Positions 40,771 to 53,307 of a stretch of DNA of 64,000 nucleotides are shown one piece after another. The notes under the pieces were generated by a model that searched no databases, was not told the DNA's origin, and saw only the letters and a list, made by a program, of their open reading frames with translations. The DNA is taken from positions 189,038,001 through 189,102,000 of the forward strand of contig NC_042998.1 in assembly GCF_006345805.1 (NCBI RefSeq), in the 5' to 3' direction. The translations under genes were made by a program, and so were the position numbers. Position 1 is the first letter of the stretch. Each line of letters opens with the position of its first letter. The DNA comes from Octopus sinensis (lineage: Eukaryota).

Positions 40771-41119
40771 GTAGTCTACTCTTTATGCAGAGTCTGACCG
40801 CCTCCTGTACTTTAGATCCATCGTGGCGTCTGATGTGGCTTTTTAAACAAGATAATGTATTGAAGAGACATCCACATAGATTGCACATCCGATTTGAACC
40901 ACTAAGAGCTGCAGTTAAATTCTGATCTTTGTGGATCTTAAAATGTCTTTTGAGGCCTTCGTTAGAATTTCAGACCTTATGGCATACACGGTATTGAAAG
41001 GTGTGTAGAGATGTATAGGGAGAATAGTTGGTGGAGGTTCGTTTTTCATGGGTTCTCAAATGAGATTTGAGCCCAGAAAAAGAAAGGCGTGTTCTGTTAC
41101 AAACTGTGCACATAAAAAG

Positions 41120-42178
41120 GTCACTGAGATTCACCTTCTCGATCGCAGCATTTTTCTTTAAATCGCTCTAGAGTCTTGCATGTGTTATCCTGGCCTCCTC
41201 AAATGCTTTCACGCCATTCCTCACTTTTGTTTGCATCCAGCTCGATCCGAAGCAAAGGTTTCTATGGCCTTTGGATCCATTCCAAGTGTATTCATGGTAG
41301 TTCTTATACCGTCCTCAAACCTCTTTTTAGGTTTAACCCGATTGCGTTTCCCCTCTGCAAGCTCGCCATGAAACGGCTGTTTGAATGTGCGTTCATCCGC
41401 TATTCGAACTATATGACCAGACCATCTCATCTGGTTTTTCAGAATCATTTATTTAATTGAAGTGATGCCTGCAGACGCAAAGACATCTGGGTCTGGAATT
41501 TAAACAAAATACCGTTTAATGTTTAAAATGAGGCAAAGACATTTTTGGTCGAATCGTTCTAACAATTTGAAATGTCTTTCACAACACGTCCATGTTCTAG
41601 AAGAATACAACAAGAATGTTAAGACAAACGATTTGTAAAGAGCCAATTTTGTGTTGTTATTTATATGTGTTGCCCTTTGAATTCGCAGGTGTATTTCAGT
41701 GTCCAGATTTCCATTATTTTGTACAAATTGAAACATTACAACCGTTTTTTCTAGGTTGATGATCAAGCCAAAATTATCACAAGCTGTGTCAAATGCAGCT
41801 ACAAGAGATTGCAGGCCCGTTTTAGAGTGATTGACAAGGTCACAATCGTCAGCGTATAAGAGTTCCCTAATGCGTGAAGTAAAAACCTGTTGTTCGATAT
41901 TTTATGTAAATACCCTCCTCAGAGTTTCGAAAAGCGTATGATAGCACAACAGCAAAGTACATTGCAAAGAGGGTGGGTGCATCAGGGTCTCCTTGCTTTA
42001 CTCCATTTTCCACGGTGAAATATTCAGAAATCCTGCCACCAAGATTAACTCTAGCCTTCATATATTGATGCAAAGGCCTGATCATGTTTACAAATTTTTC
42101 TGGGCAATCTATTTTCCTTAGAATTAGCCACAGACCATTCCGATTAACTGTAACAGCGAATTCATCTTTCCGTTTTCC
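41120..42178 (-). mobile_element. Decayed RTE-clade LINE, reverse transcriptase and C-terminal region
   Basis: FTVENGVKQGDPDAPTLFAMYF, IRELLYADDCDL (41846-41857), FGLIINLEKTVVMFQ, QMRWSGHIVRIADERTFKQPFHGELAEGKRNRVKPKKRFED; frameshifted. Confidence 0.93.
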
Positions 42179-42334
42179 CAGATTTCATTTAGAATGGGTT
42201 ATGAACTAACATTTATAATGCTTAGTTCAAGTAGGCAATTCACTACTGAGGATGAAGACATCAAAAAAATATAGAGAGGGGACGGTTGTTTGGAGGACAA
42301 AGGAAGAAAAAGCGTACAGTGAAACAGAAACCCT

Positions 42335-42541
42335 ATAATCCTTTCTTCTATAGACACAAGGCTTGAAATTTGGGAGGAGGCTATTAGACTACATCGACTC
42401 CAGTAGTTGACTGATGCTTATTTCATTGTCCCCGAAAGTATAAAAAGGCATGTCGATGTCATCGGTACTTGAACTCAAAACGTAAAGACTGATGAAATTC
42501 CGCGAAGCATTTTGTCCGGTGCGCTAACGATTCTCCCAGTT
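42335..42541 (-). mobile_element. Diverged SINE family A (variant tail cacaaggcttgaaattt)
   Basis: Same tail type as 10150-10217; tgaactcaaaacgtaaag and gctaacgattct head. Confidence 0.75.
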
Positions 42542-42851
42542 AGCTACTTTAGAAGGAAACCTAACAATAAAACTACGTCACCGAGTAGGTGTGTATGTGT
42601 GTGTGGGCGTGTGTGTTCCCGTATGCGCGTGTGTGTACGCATGCGTTTACTGTTGGTAAGCGAGATGGAGAACTTATTGATAATACAGGTTATTTTCAGA
42701 TAATTCAAATCCTTACTAGTTTATAATTAGTGTGTCTATCAATTATGTCTACGTCTGGGTTGAATATAGATTTTTCACCATTATAAAGCTATTTTGATGA
42801 TGCCTTAATGGATAAAGGTATAAGTATACACATAGACACATACATACGTGA

Positions 42852-42906
<55 letters not shown>

Positions 42907-42914
42907 ATAATTAT

Positions 42915-43284
42915 AAACTTAATTATAATTAGGGGTCAGCTAATTGCTTCACCACATACCGAAATTAGAAATAGGAGTTAAAAATTCCTTTTCTACTACT
43001 GTAAGAATCTCCCCGACAGTAACACACTTTTTTACGTAGGCAAAGAGAAAAACAAGGAATCAACACTGAGAAGAGAAGTAAGTAATTTTAAAGCACTTTA
43101 ATCTCGAAACGCGTCTGTGGCTAATCGGAGTCGTGTTGATTCAATGTTCTTTTCTTTGCCCACGTAAAAAAGTGTGTTTCTATCGAGGAGATTCTTACAG
43201 TAGTAGAAAAGGAATTTTTAACTCCTATTTCTAAATTCGGTATGTGGTGAAGCAATTAGCTGACGCCTAATTATAATTAAGTTT
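42915..43284. mobile_element. Long inverted repeat (~150-bp arms) with hammerhead-like loop
   Basis: 42915-43067 vs 43133-43284 reverse complementary; the loop region contains aca ctgagaa gaga...tctc GAAACGCGTC tgt. Confidence 0.8.
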
Positions 43285-43477
43285 GTAAAGAATAAAAAGT
43301 TTTGAATAGTACAACAATGCATTATAATACAAACAATTATGTTTATAATTATAGAATATTTATATAATTTTACCTATTAAGGTTATTTTAACGTACCGAG
43401 CTACTTGGTAAAATTATTAATTGATTGATTAATTAATTAATTTAATTAATTAATATTACCCTTTTATTATTAATTTG

Positions 43478-43536
<59 letters not shown>

Positions 43537-44180
43537 TATATTTATACGTATGCGGGAGTATGTAAGTGTGTGTGCGCGCGCGTGTGTGTGTGTTTTGCAG
43601 AACTAAGTAATGATGCAGGTGAGAAAATAGGTCAAATATGTAAATATGTATTACTTTACAGAGATAGCTTAATAATCCTATATTTCGCGAAATATTTACT
43701 TTTTTCAAATATAATCAAATATTCAAAGAATATAATCAAATGTTCAGAGAAATGTGCCGTTACCGGCAGACCGCCTAGAATTCTCGTTACTAGAAGAGCG
43801 ACTCATTTCTCCGAACATTTTGCTAATTTTTTTTCTTCGATTTGAAAGGAGCGAACTTTCCCGAAATATTATAAGATCATCAAAAGACTTACGTAAAGTT
43901 ATACAATATTTTTTCCTTTGTTTTCGTTCACTTATATCATCTTACTGATCTGGCCTGCATTGCTCAAATGTTTTTCGAACATTTATATTATTTACACACA
44001 TTGCAACACACTTTCATATATTTTTGTGCGTGCGTGCATGTGTGTGTGTGCGTGAGTGTATATGCGTGTATGTATACATACACCTCTCTCTCTCTCTCTC
44101 TCTCTCTAAACCATTCTCACCCAAAGTATATATGTATATTTATATGTGTGTTAAATCATATTTTTATAGATACATATATA

Positions 44181-44401
44181 TATTTCTTTACTACCCACAA
44201 GGGGCTAACAAGAGGGGACAAACAAGGACAGACAAACGGATTAAGTCGATTTCATCGACCCCAGCGTACTTAATTTATCGACCCCGAAAGGATGAAAGGT
44301 AAAGTCGACCTCGGCGGAATTTGAACTCAGAACGTAACGGCAGACGAAATACGGCTACGCATTTCGCGCGGTATGCTAACGTTTCTGCCAGCTCGCCGCC
44401 T
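44181..44401 (-). mobile_element. SINE family A
   Basis: Complete minus-strand copy ending ...tctgccagctcgccgcct. Confidence 0.94.
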
Positions 44402-46599
44402 TTGATTTATACATATATATGTACATATATGTGTATATTTGTGTGAGTGTAGGGTGGAGCGTATGTGTGTGAAAAAGTGTGACTAAGAAGTATAAAAAGA
44501 CGAACCTAGCACGAACTGTTAAACTATACAGGAAAGAATGAAAACAGAAAATTATTTGGGGGGGGGGGGGAACAAGGGAAGTAAGGATGTCTTTCGATAA
44601 GAGTTTACACCGAAATAAGGGGAAGAGGAAAAAACAAGCGATGATAATAGGCATTATTTATAGATGATAAATTAAGTAGAAACAGAGTTAATACGCATGT
44701 CTAAATATAAATGAAAAATACACTAATAAATATGAGTATTAGTATTAAAATAAATGCCAATTTACACTAACACATACACACACATATATTCCTAAGACTT
44801 ATTCGTATTTTGTGAATGAAGATAAATTTTGTACAAATACTTGTATTTATATGCAAATTGGTTTTTATGTGATGTTGACGACGCTGGGTGAGGAAAATTT
44901 TTGTTCTAATGGCTGTTGATCCAGCTCGGCTATTTAAATAAAATGTATTTTCTATTTCTGTAGAAAATACGAAAGAGTATCAGAAATAAACATGTCTGTT
45001 GTAAATTGATATTTATGCCCGATACACGAATTCTATAATAAAGCTATATAATATACATGTATATCAGATAACATTATTATATATAGCATTCGTATATCGA
45101 GTATGTTGTTACCATGATATAACGATATATTAAGAAATATATTTGAGAAATAACTACAATAATCTCCTAGCTTTTATTAGCGGGGCCCTCTTCTGCGTAT
45201 ATAAGTAAAAATGTGTGTATAACAGATTTCATGTTTGCTATCCGGAAAATTCCACCGCCAGACCGGCACAACACTTCATAAAGCGTTATTTGTCGTCAAC
45301 AGAATAGAACAGTCCAAGTTGCATATAAAGACAAGTGCTAATACATTGATATATTAATAAACAACATTACGTCAAGATTTGATTGGTTGCCCGGAAAAAA
45401 TGTTGGGAAATACATCACACACTAATATATTCATTGCTACCTGACATTTTCTTCTGTTAACCTCAGAAAACTTGTAAGTTTTTCCTGTCTTTAGTATCAA
45501 GTGTATAAAACGTAAGAAAATGAAGCAGCTCTTGGTGATGATGTTTTAATTTAATGAATGAATGCATTTTAATTATATGATCATTTGTATATTTAATTAT
45601 GCTATCATATATAGTAGATAAAATATTTCAGCCAATTGGTAACTGAACATTCATCATTAAATAGTGTTGAATATGTCAGCAAAATTCACTCACTTGACTG
45701 GTTTGATCTAAATTGCAAAATATTACATTATACTTTACCGAGAGATAAAAATTGTACCTTTTGGAGCAATTAATGAAATGGAGCCGTTTTCTATAATAGA
45801 CCAATCTATCATAAAATTGTTTCTATTAACATCCTTTAAATTCGAGATATATTTAGACAATGAGGCAGTAAGGCGTTTCTGGATAACTGAATGTATACAT
45901 ATATGTAACATAATCTTTTAAAAGGATTTTCAGTAAGTCTTACATACACTTTTTTATTTCAATGCCATCTCCAAGTAAGACCTTAGCTCGATATTTTTTT
46001 ACTTTAGAAAGGCTCATACGCTTGGATTATCAGATGTTTGTGATGTTGAAATTACACTGATAAGAGGACTTTTGCGTGTCCAGATCGGATATGTTTCTTC
46101 TCTAAATACATAGTTTACAATGCGACATTTTTTATACAATTGTAGCCCACTAGAATATAGAATATACTATTATATTTCGTTTCCTGTGCGATTTATACAA
46201 CTGATACTGAATAGATACTGAATAAATGTAAACAACACGTAGTTTGGGGCACTTGAATAGATGGTAATATTGCGTATTCTGAGCATTGCATTTAATAAAT
46301 GAATGTGTGACGTATTTTCGAACGATTTTCTTGGAAGTGTGACCAATGTAGTGAGAAAGTGAGACATTTCTCTATGTAGAAATACTTAAACATATTTCCT
46401 GTTGTTTGCGAATATTTCTGCTTATATATTGTCACGTTGCTTTCATGCTTTCATCGCTAGAACAATTGAAAACGTGAACTCGAAATTCGAAAAGATTAAG
46501 TTATTTTTCTACCCTACCTCATAGCATTGAGTGCTTTCACTTAATTTTGTTTCACGGATGTGATTCTACCAATCTATAACATGTGTGTACATACTTGAG

Positions 46600-47198
46600 A
46601 GTGTGTGTGTGTGTGTGTGTGTGAGTGAGTGAGTGAGTGAGTGAGTGAGTGAGTGAGTGTGAGTGTGTGAGTGAGTGTGAGTGAGTGAGTGTGACTGAGT
46701 GAGTGAGTGAGTGAGTGAGTGAGTGAGTGAGTGAGTGTGTGAGTGAGTGAGTGTGTGGGTGAGTGTGAGTGAGTGAGTGGTGAGTGAGTGAGTGAGTGAG
46801 TGGATGGGTGAATGGGTGAGTGAGTGAGTGGATGGGTGAGTGAGTGAGCGAGCGAGTGAGTGGATGGGTGAGCGAGCGAGTGAGTGGATGGATGGGTGAG
46901 TGAGCGAGTGGATGGATGGATGGGTGAGTGAGCGAGTGAGTGAGTGGATGGGTGAGTGAGCGAGTGAGTGAGTGGATGGGTGAGTGAGCGAGTGAGTGAG
47001 TGGATGGGTGAGCGAGCGAGTGAGTGGATGGATGGGTGAGTGAGCGAGTGGATGGATGGATGGGTGAGTGAGCGAGTGAGTGAGTGGATGGGTGAGTGAG
47101 CGAGTGAGTGAGTGGATGGGTGAGTGAGCGAGTGAGTGGATGGGTGAGTGAGCGAGTGAGTGGATGGGTGAGTGAGCGAGTGAGTGGATGGGTGAGTG
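46600..47198. repeat. (GAGT)n/(GGAT)n compound repeat with a recurring ~20-24-bp unit gagcgagtgagtggatgggtgagt
   Basis: Direct inspection. Confidence 0.93.
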
Positions 47199-47889
47199 TG
47201 TGTAACATGACTTTGTTCGTTTTTGCAAAATTATATTTCTAATTTCCTGTATACCCATATTACTCGTTTTGTTATTATTGACAACTTGTTTGCTATATCT
47301 CATCCATTGTATGGACTGTTCAAGATCACATGACTCTCTAATCATGATGCCAGCCGTACAATGACAACGTTTGTATATAATAGATTTATATGATGTTTAT
47401 TATCCTTACTTCCAGTGGTCATTATAAGGAGTTTCATGATTGATAGACTGGACTGGCTCTAATAGAAACGTGTTAATGCATTTTCAATGTGTCTCTTATT
47501 TGTGTTGCGGATTCTGCCAGATGATTCAAGCCAAGATTTTGTAGATTTAAGTCAGCGTATCTAGTATACCAGATAAACTTGTCTCATAGCAGTGAATTAT
47601 CTGTTAGCATATTCAACTTTTCGATCATCTTGTGTGTAATGTCAAAGTTGAAATCATGTTAAGACCGAGTGGCATGAAAATCAAGACTATCAAAAGAAGA
47701 TAAAACACTGAACCATTAAACTGTACCAGAAACCATTTCCTTCGTAATATATCAATGAAAAGTTTGAATCTTTATAGCTTTACAGTTCCATAATTCTTTC
47801 TCTTGTCCGCTGCCTTTCTTTTCACACAATCTAGCTTCTGTATACTATCACATACATACAAAAATTTATCCATCACGCTTTCTCTTTAC

Positions 47890-47916
47890 TTCTCTCTCTC
47901 TCTCGCTCTCTCTCCG

Positions 47917-47949
<33 letters not shown>

Positions 47950-48120
47950 TTCGTTCTATCCCGCTCTCTCTCTCTCTCTCTCGCTCGTTCTATCCCGCTC
48001 ACTCTCTCTCTATCTCTCTCTCTCTCTCGTTCTATCCCACTCTCTCGCTCTCTCGCTCTCACTCTCTCTCTCTATCTCTCGCTTTCGCTCTCTCTCTCTA
48101 TCTCTCGCTCTCGCTTTCTC

Positions 48121-48170
<50 letters not shown>
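47890..48170. repeat. (CT)n/(CGCT) microsatellite
   Basis: Direct inspection. Confidence 0.93.
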
Positions 48171-48171
<1 letters not shown>

Positions 48172-48606
48172 ATAAATATGCATGTACGTATGTATGTATG
48201 CATGTTTTTATGTGTGTGTGTATGTATGTATGTATAACAAATGTGTCAGGAAAGAGATTTTTAACCATAAAGAACACGCAAAAACTGTTACATGCACTCT
48301 ACGATTATTTATTATTAGTACAGATTCTTATGGAATATGAAAAGGTTTCGTTGTGGTTTTGCAACGTGGACCCTGGTGCAATTCCACTTGCATAGCTAAA
48401 ATGACACCTCGACGATTTAATTGTTCGATTTTCAAGAAACGCAGATTAAGATTAAACTACTTACCCGATAAGTTTGATTCCGAACATGTATGGTGTATGT
48501 ATGCGTATACATACATACATGCATACATACATACATACATACATACATACATACATACATACATACATACATACATACATACATACATACATACATACAT
48601 GCATTT

Positions 48607-48839
48607 AAGGCGGCGAGCTGGCAGAAACGTTAGCACGCCGGGCGAAATGCGTAGCCGTATTTCGTTTACCGTTACGTTTTGAGTTCAAATTCCGCTGAGG
48701 TCGACTTTGCCTTTCATCCTTTCGGGGTCGATAAATTAAGTACCAGTTACGCACTGGGATCGATGTAATCGACTTAATCCGTTTGTCTATCTTTGTTTGT
48801 CTCCTCTGTGTTTAGCCCCTTGTGGGTAGTAAAGAAATA
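48607..48839 (+). mobile_element. SINE family A, full length
   Basis: aaggcggcgagctggcagaaacgttag head to gtagtaaagaaata tail, inside a (TACA)n tract. Confidence 0.95.
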
Positions 48840-50114
48840 CATACATACATACATACATACATGCGCGCACACATACCCATATACACACACATAAATATGT
48901 ATATGTACGTTTTTGTGTATGTATATGTTTGTAAATTTATATATTTGTATGTTTTTATGTACGTGTATGCATATGTATGTTTGGATACATGACTTGTATC
49001 TATACATATCTATGGATATATTATCCCTCTCGTCACTGCCCCCTCTCTCTCTCATTCTTCATTCTTTCTGGTTTTCTCTATCATTCTCTCCTTTTCACCG
49101 TTCCCTTTCTCTTACTACCCCTCCTCCGCCCTCTCGTCGCTGACATGTGACCAGAGGGCTTCTGTCTTTCTGACCACATCCTTCAACAAGTGTAAACGGC
49201 TTCCTATCCCTTTCTTAAGCCGTTGTTCTGACACGTTCAAAATAATTTTTCCTTCGTTCGGCTTAACAGCCCTTACCATTTGTATTACTGTTATTCTACT
49301 TGTCCTGTCGTTTACTGTTTTTATTTGTATTTTTACTATCTTTTATTGTTTTTACTGTCCTATTTTTGTTACCAATTTTACCCCTCCGCAAAAAATCTCA
49401 AATTTTATTTAATTTGCTTTGCGGGAAGGACCGTTTCACCGAAGTCGTGTCTCGCCTTTACCTTCGAAACACGGAGTAGACGAAACGGAGGCGGCTGAAG
49501 AAGGGGAATTTTCCTTGTGTTGTATGTCTTGTACCCTGTTTTTTCGTTGTTTAAAAAAAATGTCCGTTTCCATGGTTCTGTTTTTATGTTTTCGTTACTC
49601 ATTGTGTTCGACGTTTTTTTGGTGTCCTGTACCCATATATGCATGTATATATACATGTAGATGTAGGTACGTACATATATGTATGTATATATCCATATGA
49701 TTTATTTATTATTATTTTTTTATTATTATTATATATATATATATTCATATACACACATACAAGCATACATACATATATATGCATGTATATTGGATCTGGA
49801 ATGCAGTGAATGTATATATGTGTGTGTGTGTATGTATTAGAAATGGATCGCACAGTGAATCGTGAAAGTGCATGCCTGTATACATGTGTATATTATTTGA
49901 TATACATACATATTTATATGGATGTGTGTATGGATTTGTTCATATGCATGTATATGTAAGTGTCAAGACAAGTCCGTATATGCATTGGTATATGCGTGAA
50001 TGTTTGTATACAGTATACACACGAATATGCTAATCTCGACCCTAATTTGTTGTCCTATATATGAATTGATATATGTAAACACATACATACATACAAACGC
50101 ATACATATATGCAC

Positions 50115-50118
50115 ACAC

Positions 50119-50196
<78 letters not shown>

Positions 50197-50201
50197 TGAT
50201 T

Positions 50202-50233
<32 letters not shown>

Positions 50234-50289
50234 TAGATAGATAGATAGATAGATAGATAGAGATAGATAGATAGATAGATAGATTGATT

Positions 50290-50371
<82 letters not shown>

Positions 50372-50375
50372 CAGA
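50115..50375. repeat. (GATA)n microsatellite
   Basis: Direct inspection. Confidence 0.96.
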
Positions 50376-50523
50376 TAAAGATATTTTTAGCGAACTAGTT
50401 CGTCTTTCTAAGGTCAATGTCTTGATTTCTCTGCATCCTCTCATCCGCTTTTCTCTTGCAACCCCCATCATTTTCTCATCTCCCTCTGTCCCCCTTTCTC
50501 CCACCCTTACATTTCCTCTTTTA

Positions 50524-50555
<32 letters not shown>

Positions 50556-51061
50556 TTTTCTTCCCTACTTCATCTTCCGTTTTCCTCTCTGCCCCTAGGA
50601 AATATTCATCAGTTGGCATGAAGCTACAAGTAACCGGTCTTACTAAGAATAAATAAGTGGTCAGAGCTTGTTGGTCAACTCACTAATCAATATAGTCATT
50701 AATCAACGGGTTGTTTCAACTGTCTTATTAACACATGTCAAAGTTTTCCGTCAACAATGGCTGCACATGGTTGTTTTCAAAGACAAATGAGAAAATTAAA
50801 TCTACGCTTGTGCGCCCAAGGAAATTACCTTCACAATAAGGCTGAAGGGAGAAATAATTGCTACTTTATACGTACCTTGACGTTGTTGGCTTAGGACAGA
50901 TTTTGATGGAATGCGCATGTCTGTGTTAGTCAGCGTGTACGTATGGGTATATATTTGCATTTAAAATCTAGTATGACTGAGTGTTGGTCAACATAGTAGC
51001 AACCCTGTTTTAATTTTGCATTATCTCATATTGTCTGTTCAACATAATTTCCATTTATATA

Positions 51062-51395
51062 TTTGTTTTGCAAGATTTTTTATGGGAAATCGTGTGTTGA
51101 AACAGATATTGCTGTATTTAGGAATGGTCATTTTGCCAGTTTAGCCAATAAACTGGCAAAATGTGTCTCTCCGTTATTTGTGTGTGTCTCCGTTAGTAAG
51201 GAGAGACAAACAAATAAGACAAAAGAAAGCAAAGGACCACTGGTGAGGTCACAGGAGTGTGACGAAAGAACTCTGGCCGAAATAAGATTAAGATTAATGT
51301 AAAAAATGAATAACACTGAAGCAAAATAACACCAAATATATAGTGCGTGTGTTTTTATTGGCTAAACTGGCAAAATGACCATTCCTAAATACAAC
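51062..51395 (+). mobile_element. Solo Penelope pLTR of the 37.5-39.2 kb family with a 5' inversion
   Basis: 51190-51393 matches 38890-39095; 51062-51152 matches the left arm orientation; 51113-51152 vs 51354-51393 are inverted. Confidence 0.85.
51234..51278 (+). ncRNA. Minimal type-I hammerhead ribozyme motif (A6G)
   Basis: ggacca CTGGTGA g gtcac-aggagt-gtgac GAAA g-aa-c TC tggcc. Confidence 0.62.
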
Positions 51396-51844
51396 AATAA
51401 TTTCGATTATTTTATTTAAAGTGGTTTTTCTGAATAGATAAATGGATTTAGGTGACTTTTCTTTGGTTTCAATCGAAGAACGAAGTTTATCAAACGCACT
51501 AGAAAGAAACTTATCAAGATTGTTACCTGTATGTATTCAGAGTTCAAATACCTCCGATATCAATTGTGCTTTTCTTCCAACCAGAATAAGGATGGTTATA
51601 ATGTTTCCTTAAGCAAATAGTATTTTGCCTAGGTTAGAAATCGCTATATTTCATATATAAGGTGGGTTGGCAGAGTTAGTAGAACAAAACAAAAGGTTTT
51701 GCAGATTTAATTCTGTTGCTTTACGTCATGAGTTCAAATTTCACCGTAGTCGACTTTTATTTTCATCTTCCTAAAGAAAATTAAATAGGCAAAACACGTA
51801 TTTCACTATATATATATATATATATATAGGGAGAGTTTACGAAA

Positions 51845-51990
51845 AAAACAAAAGACGAAGACAGGTGGTGTACAAAACAAACAGATGTATTAGTATAACC
51901 CTCAGAATAGAAAAAGTATTTTACGTTTCGAGCCTACGCTCTTCTACAGAAAGGTACACAGAAAAAAAAACAAGGAGAAAAAAAAGGAGA
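51845..51990 (-). mobile_element. Short interspersed repeat related to 39285-39415
   Basis: Shared sequence; minus strand ctgtagaa gagc-gtag-gctc gaaacgta. Confidence 0.5.
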
Positions 51991-52046
51991 GAAAAAAAAT
52001 ATATATATATATATGTAAATATATGTGACAATTATTCGGTAGCCAT

Positions 52047-52107
52047 GATAACACTCCGAGTTTCGGATGCCGAGGTGGAAATCCACGCCGCCCTTTCTTC
52101 AGTTATC
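52047..52107 (-). ncRNA. Degenerate hammerhead-like motif
   Basis: Minus strand gataa CTGAAGA aa gg...cc GAAA c tcgga g t g ttatc: 5-bp stem I and intact core, but the cleavage triplet reads GUG. Confidence 0.4.
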
Positions 52108-52216
52108 CGACCATCGGAAAAGTACTATGAAAAATAGATAAATTCCTCTATTTCATAATATCGAGGTATCTTTCATTCTTTTGTTGTCTTACCATATTTA
52201 TAATATATATATATAT

Positions 52217-52551
52217 GCGCATGGCTTAGTGGTTAGAGTATCGGGCTCACAATCATGAAGTAGTGAGTTCAAGTCCCAGACCAAGCTGTGTGTTGTGTTC
52301 TTGAGCAAAACACTTTATTTCACGTTGCTGCAGTTTACTCAGCTGAAGAAATATGTTGCCACGTCACTGGTGCCAAGCTGTATCGGCCCCTTTCCCTTTC
52401 CCTTGGATAATATCGGTGACGTGGAGAGGGGAGGCTGATATGCATTGGCGACTGCTGGTCTTCCATAAACAACCTTGCCCAGACTTGTATCTCTGAGGGT
52501 AACGTTCTAGGTGCAATCCCATGGTCATTCATGACCGAAGGAGGTCTTTAC
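52217..52551 (+). mobile_element. tRNA-derived SINE (family C)
   Basis: gcatggcttagtggttag A-box, gagttcaagtccc B-box, tail catgaccgaagg.ggtct. Confidence 0.92.
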
Positions 52552-52570
52552 TCTTCTTACCCTTCATATA

Positions 52571-52572
<2 letters not shown>

Positions 52573-52605
<33 letters not shown>

Positions 52606-52954
52606 CTGAAGTGTGTGGCAGGTTTGGTAGCCTTCAACTAACACTATCTCCTCCGAGACCCTGCGGCGCAAGTTGACCAAAATTGAGAGTATGATAGAAG
52701 GTTTGCTCTTCCTTCCGTAGAAGAAAAAAATCAAATCGGACCATGTTAACACCAAAAAGTATTTAGATAAAAAAGGTGCTTTTTTCTATAAAAATCCTTA
52801 TTTTTTACGATTTTTTTAACTGCTGTGTCGCCATTTTTCGGTGTATTTCAACCCAAACAATGTTCACTTAAAGAGAATAACAAGTTACATAATGCAAAAA
52901 TTCCAATTCTAAAGGATTGAAACAAACCCGAGCAACGCCGAGCGATACTGCTAG
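52573..52954 (+). mobile_element. Non-autonomous Helitron
   Basis: Starts TC(tatata..), ends cccgagcaacgccgagcgatactgCTAG|t, no TSD, adjacent to (TA)n. Confidence 0.8.
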
Positions 52955-52956
52955 TA

Positions 52957-52998
<42 letters not shown>

Positions 52999-53013
52999 TA
53001 TATAGATATATAC

Positions 53014-53066
<53 letters not shown>

Positions 53067-53077
53067 AATACATATAC

Positions 53078-53138
<61 letters not shown>

Positions 53139-53307
53139 GTGTGTGTGTGTGTCTGTAGATATCACTGGAAATAACTGTTGTAAACAACGATAAAATGTAA
53201 AATTAAGAAATGATCCCATGTACCTAAAGGCACAAACGTGGCTTTAACAACGCAGACGTCTTTTCAAATATAAAGTGCGTCTAGCCATCCATCCATGCAG
53301 CCATATA

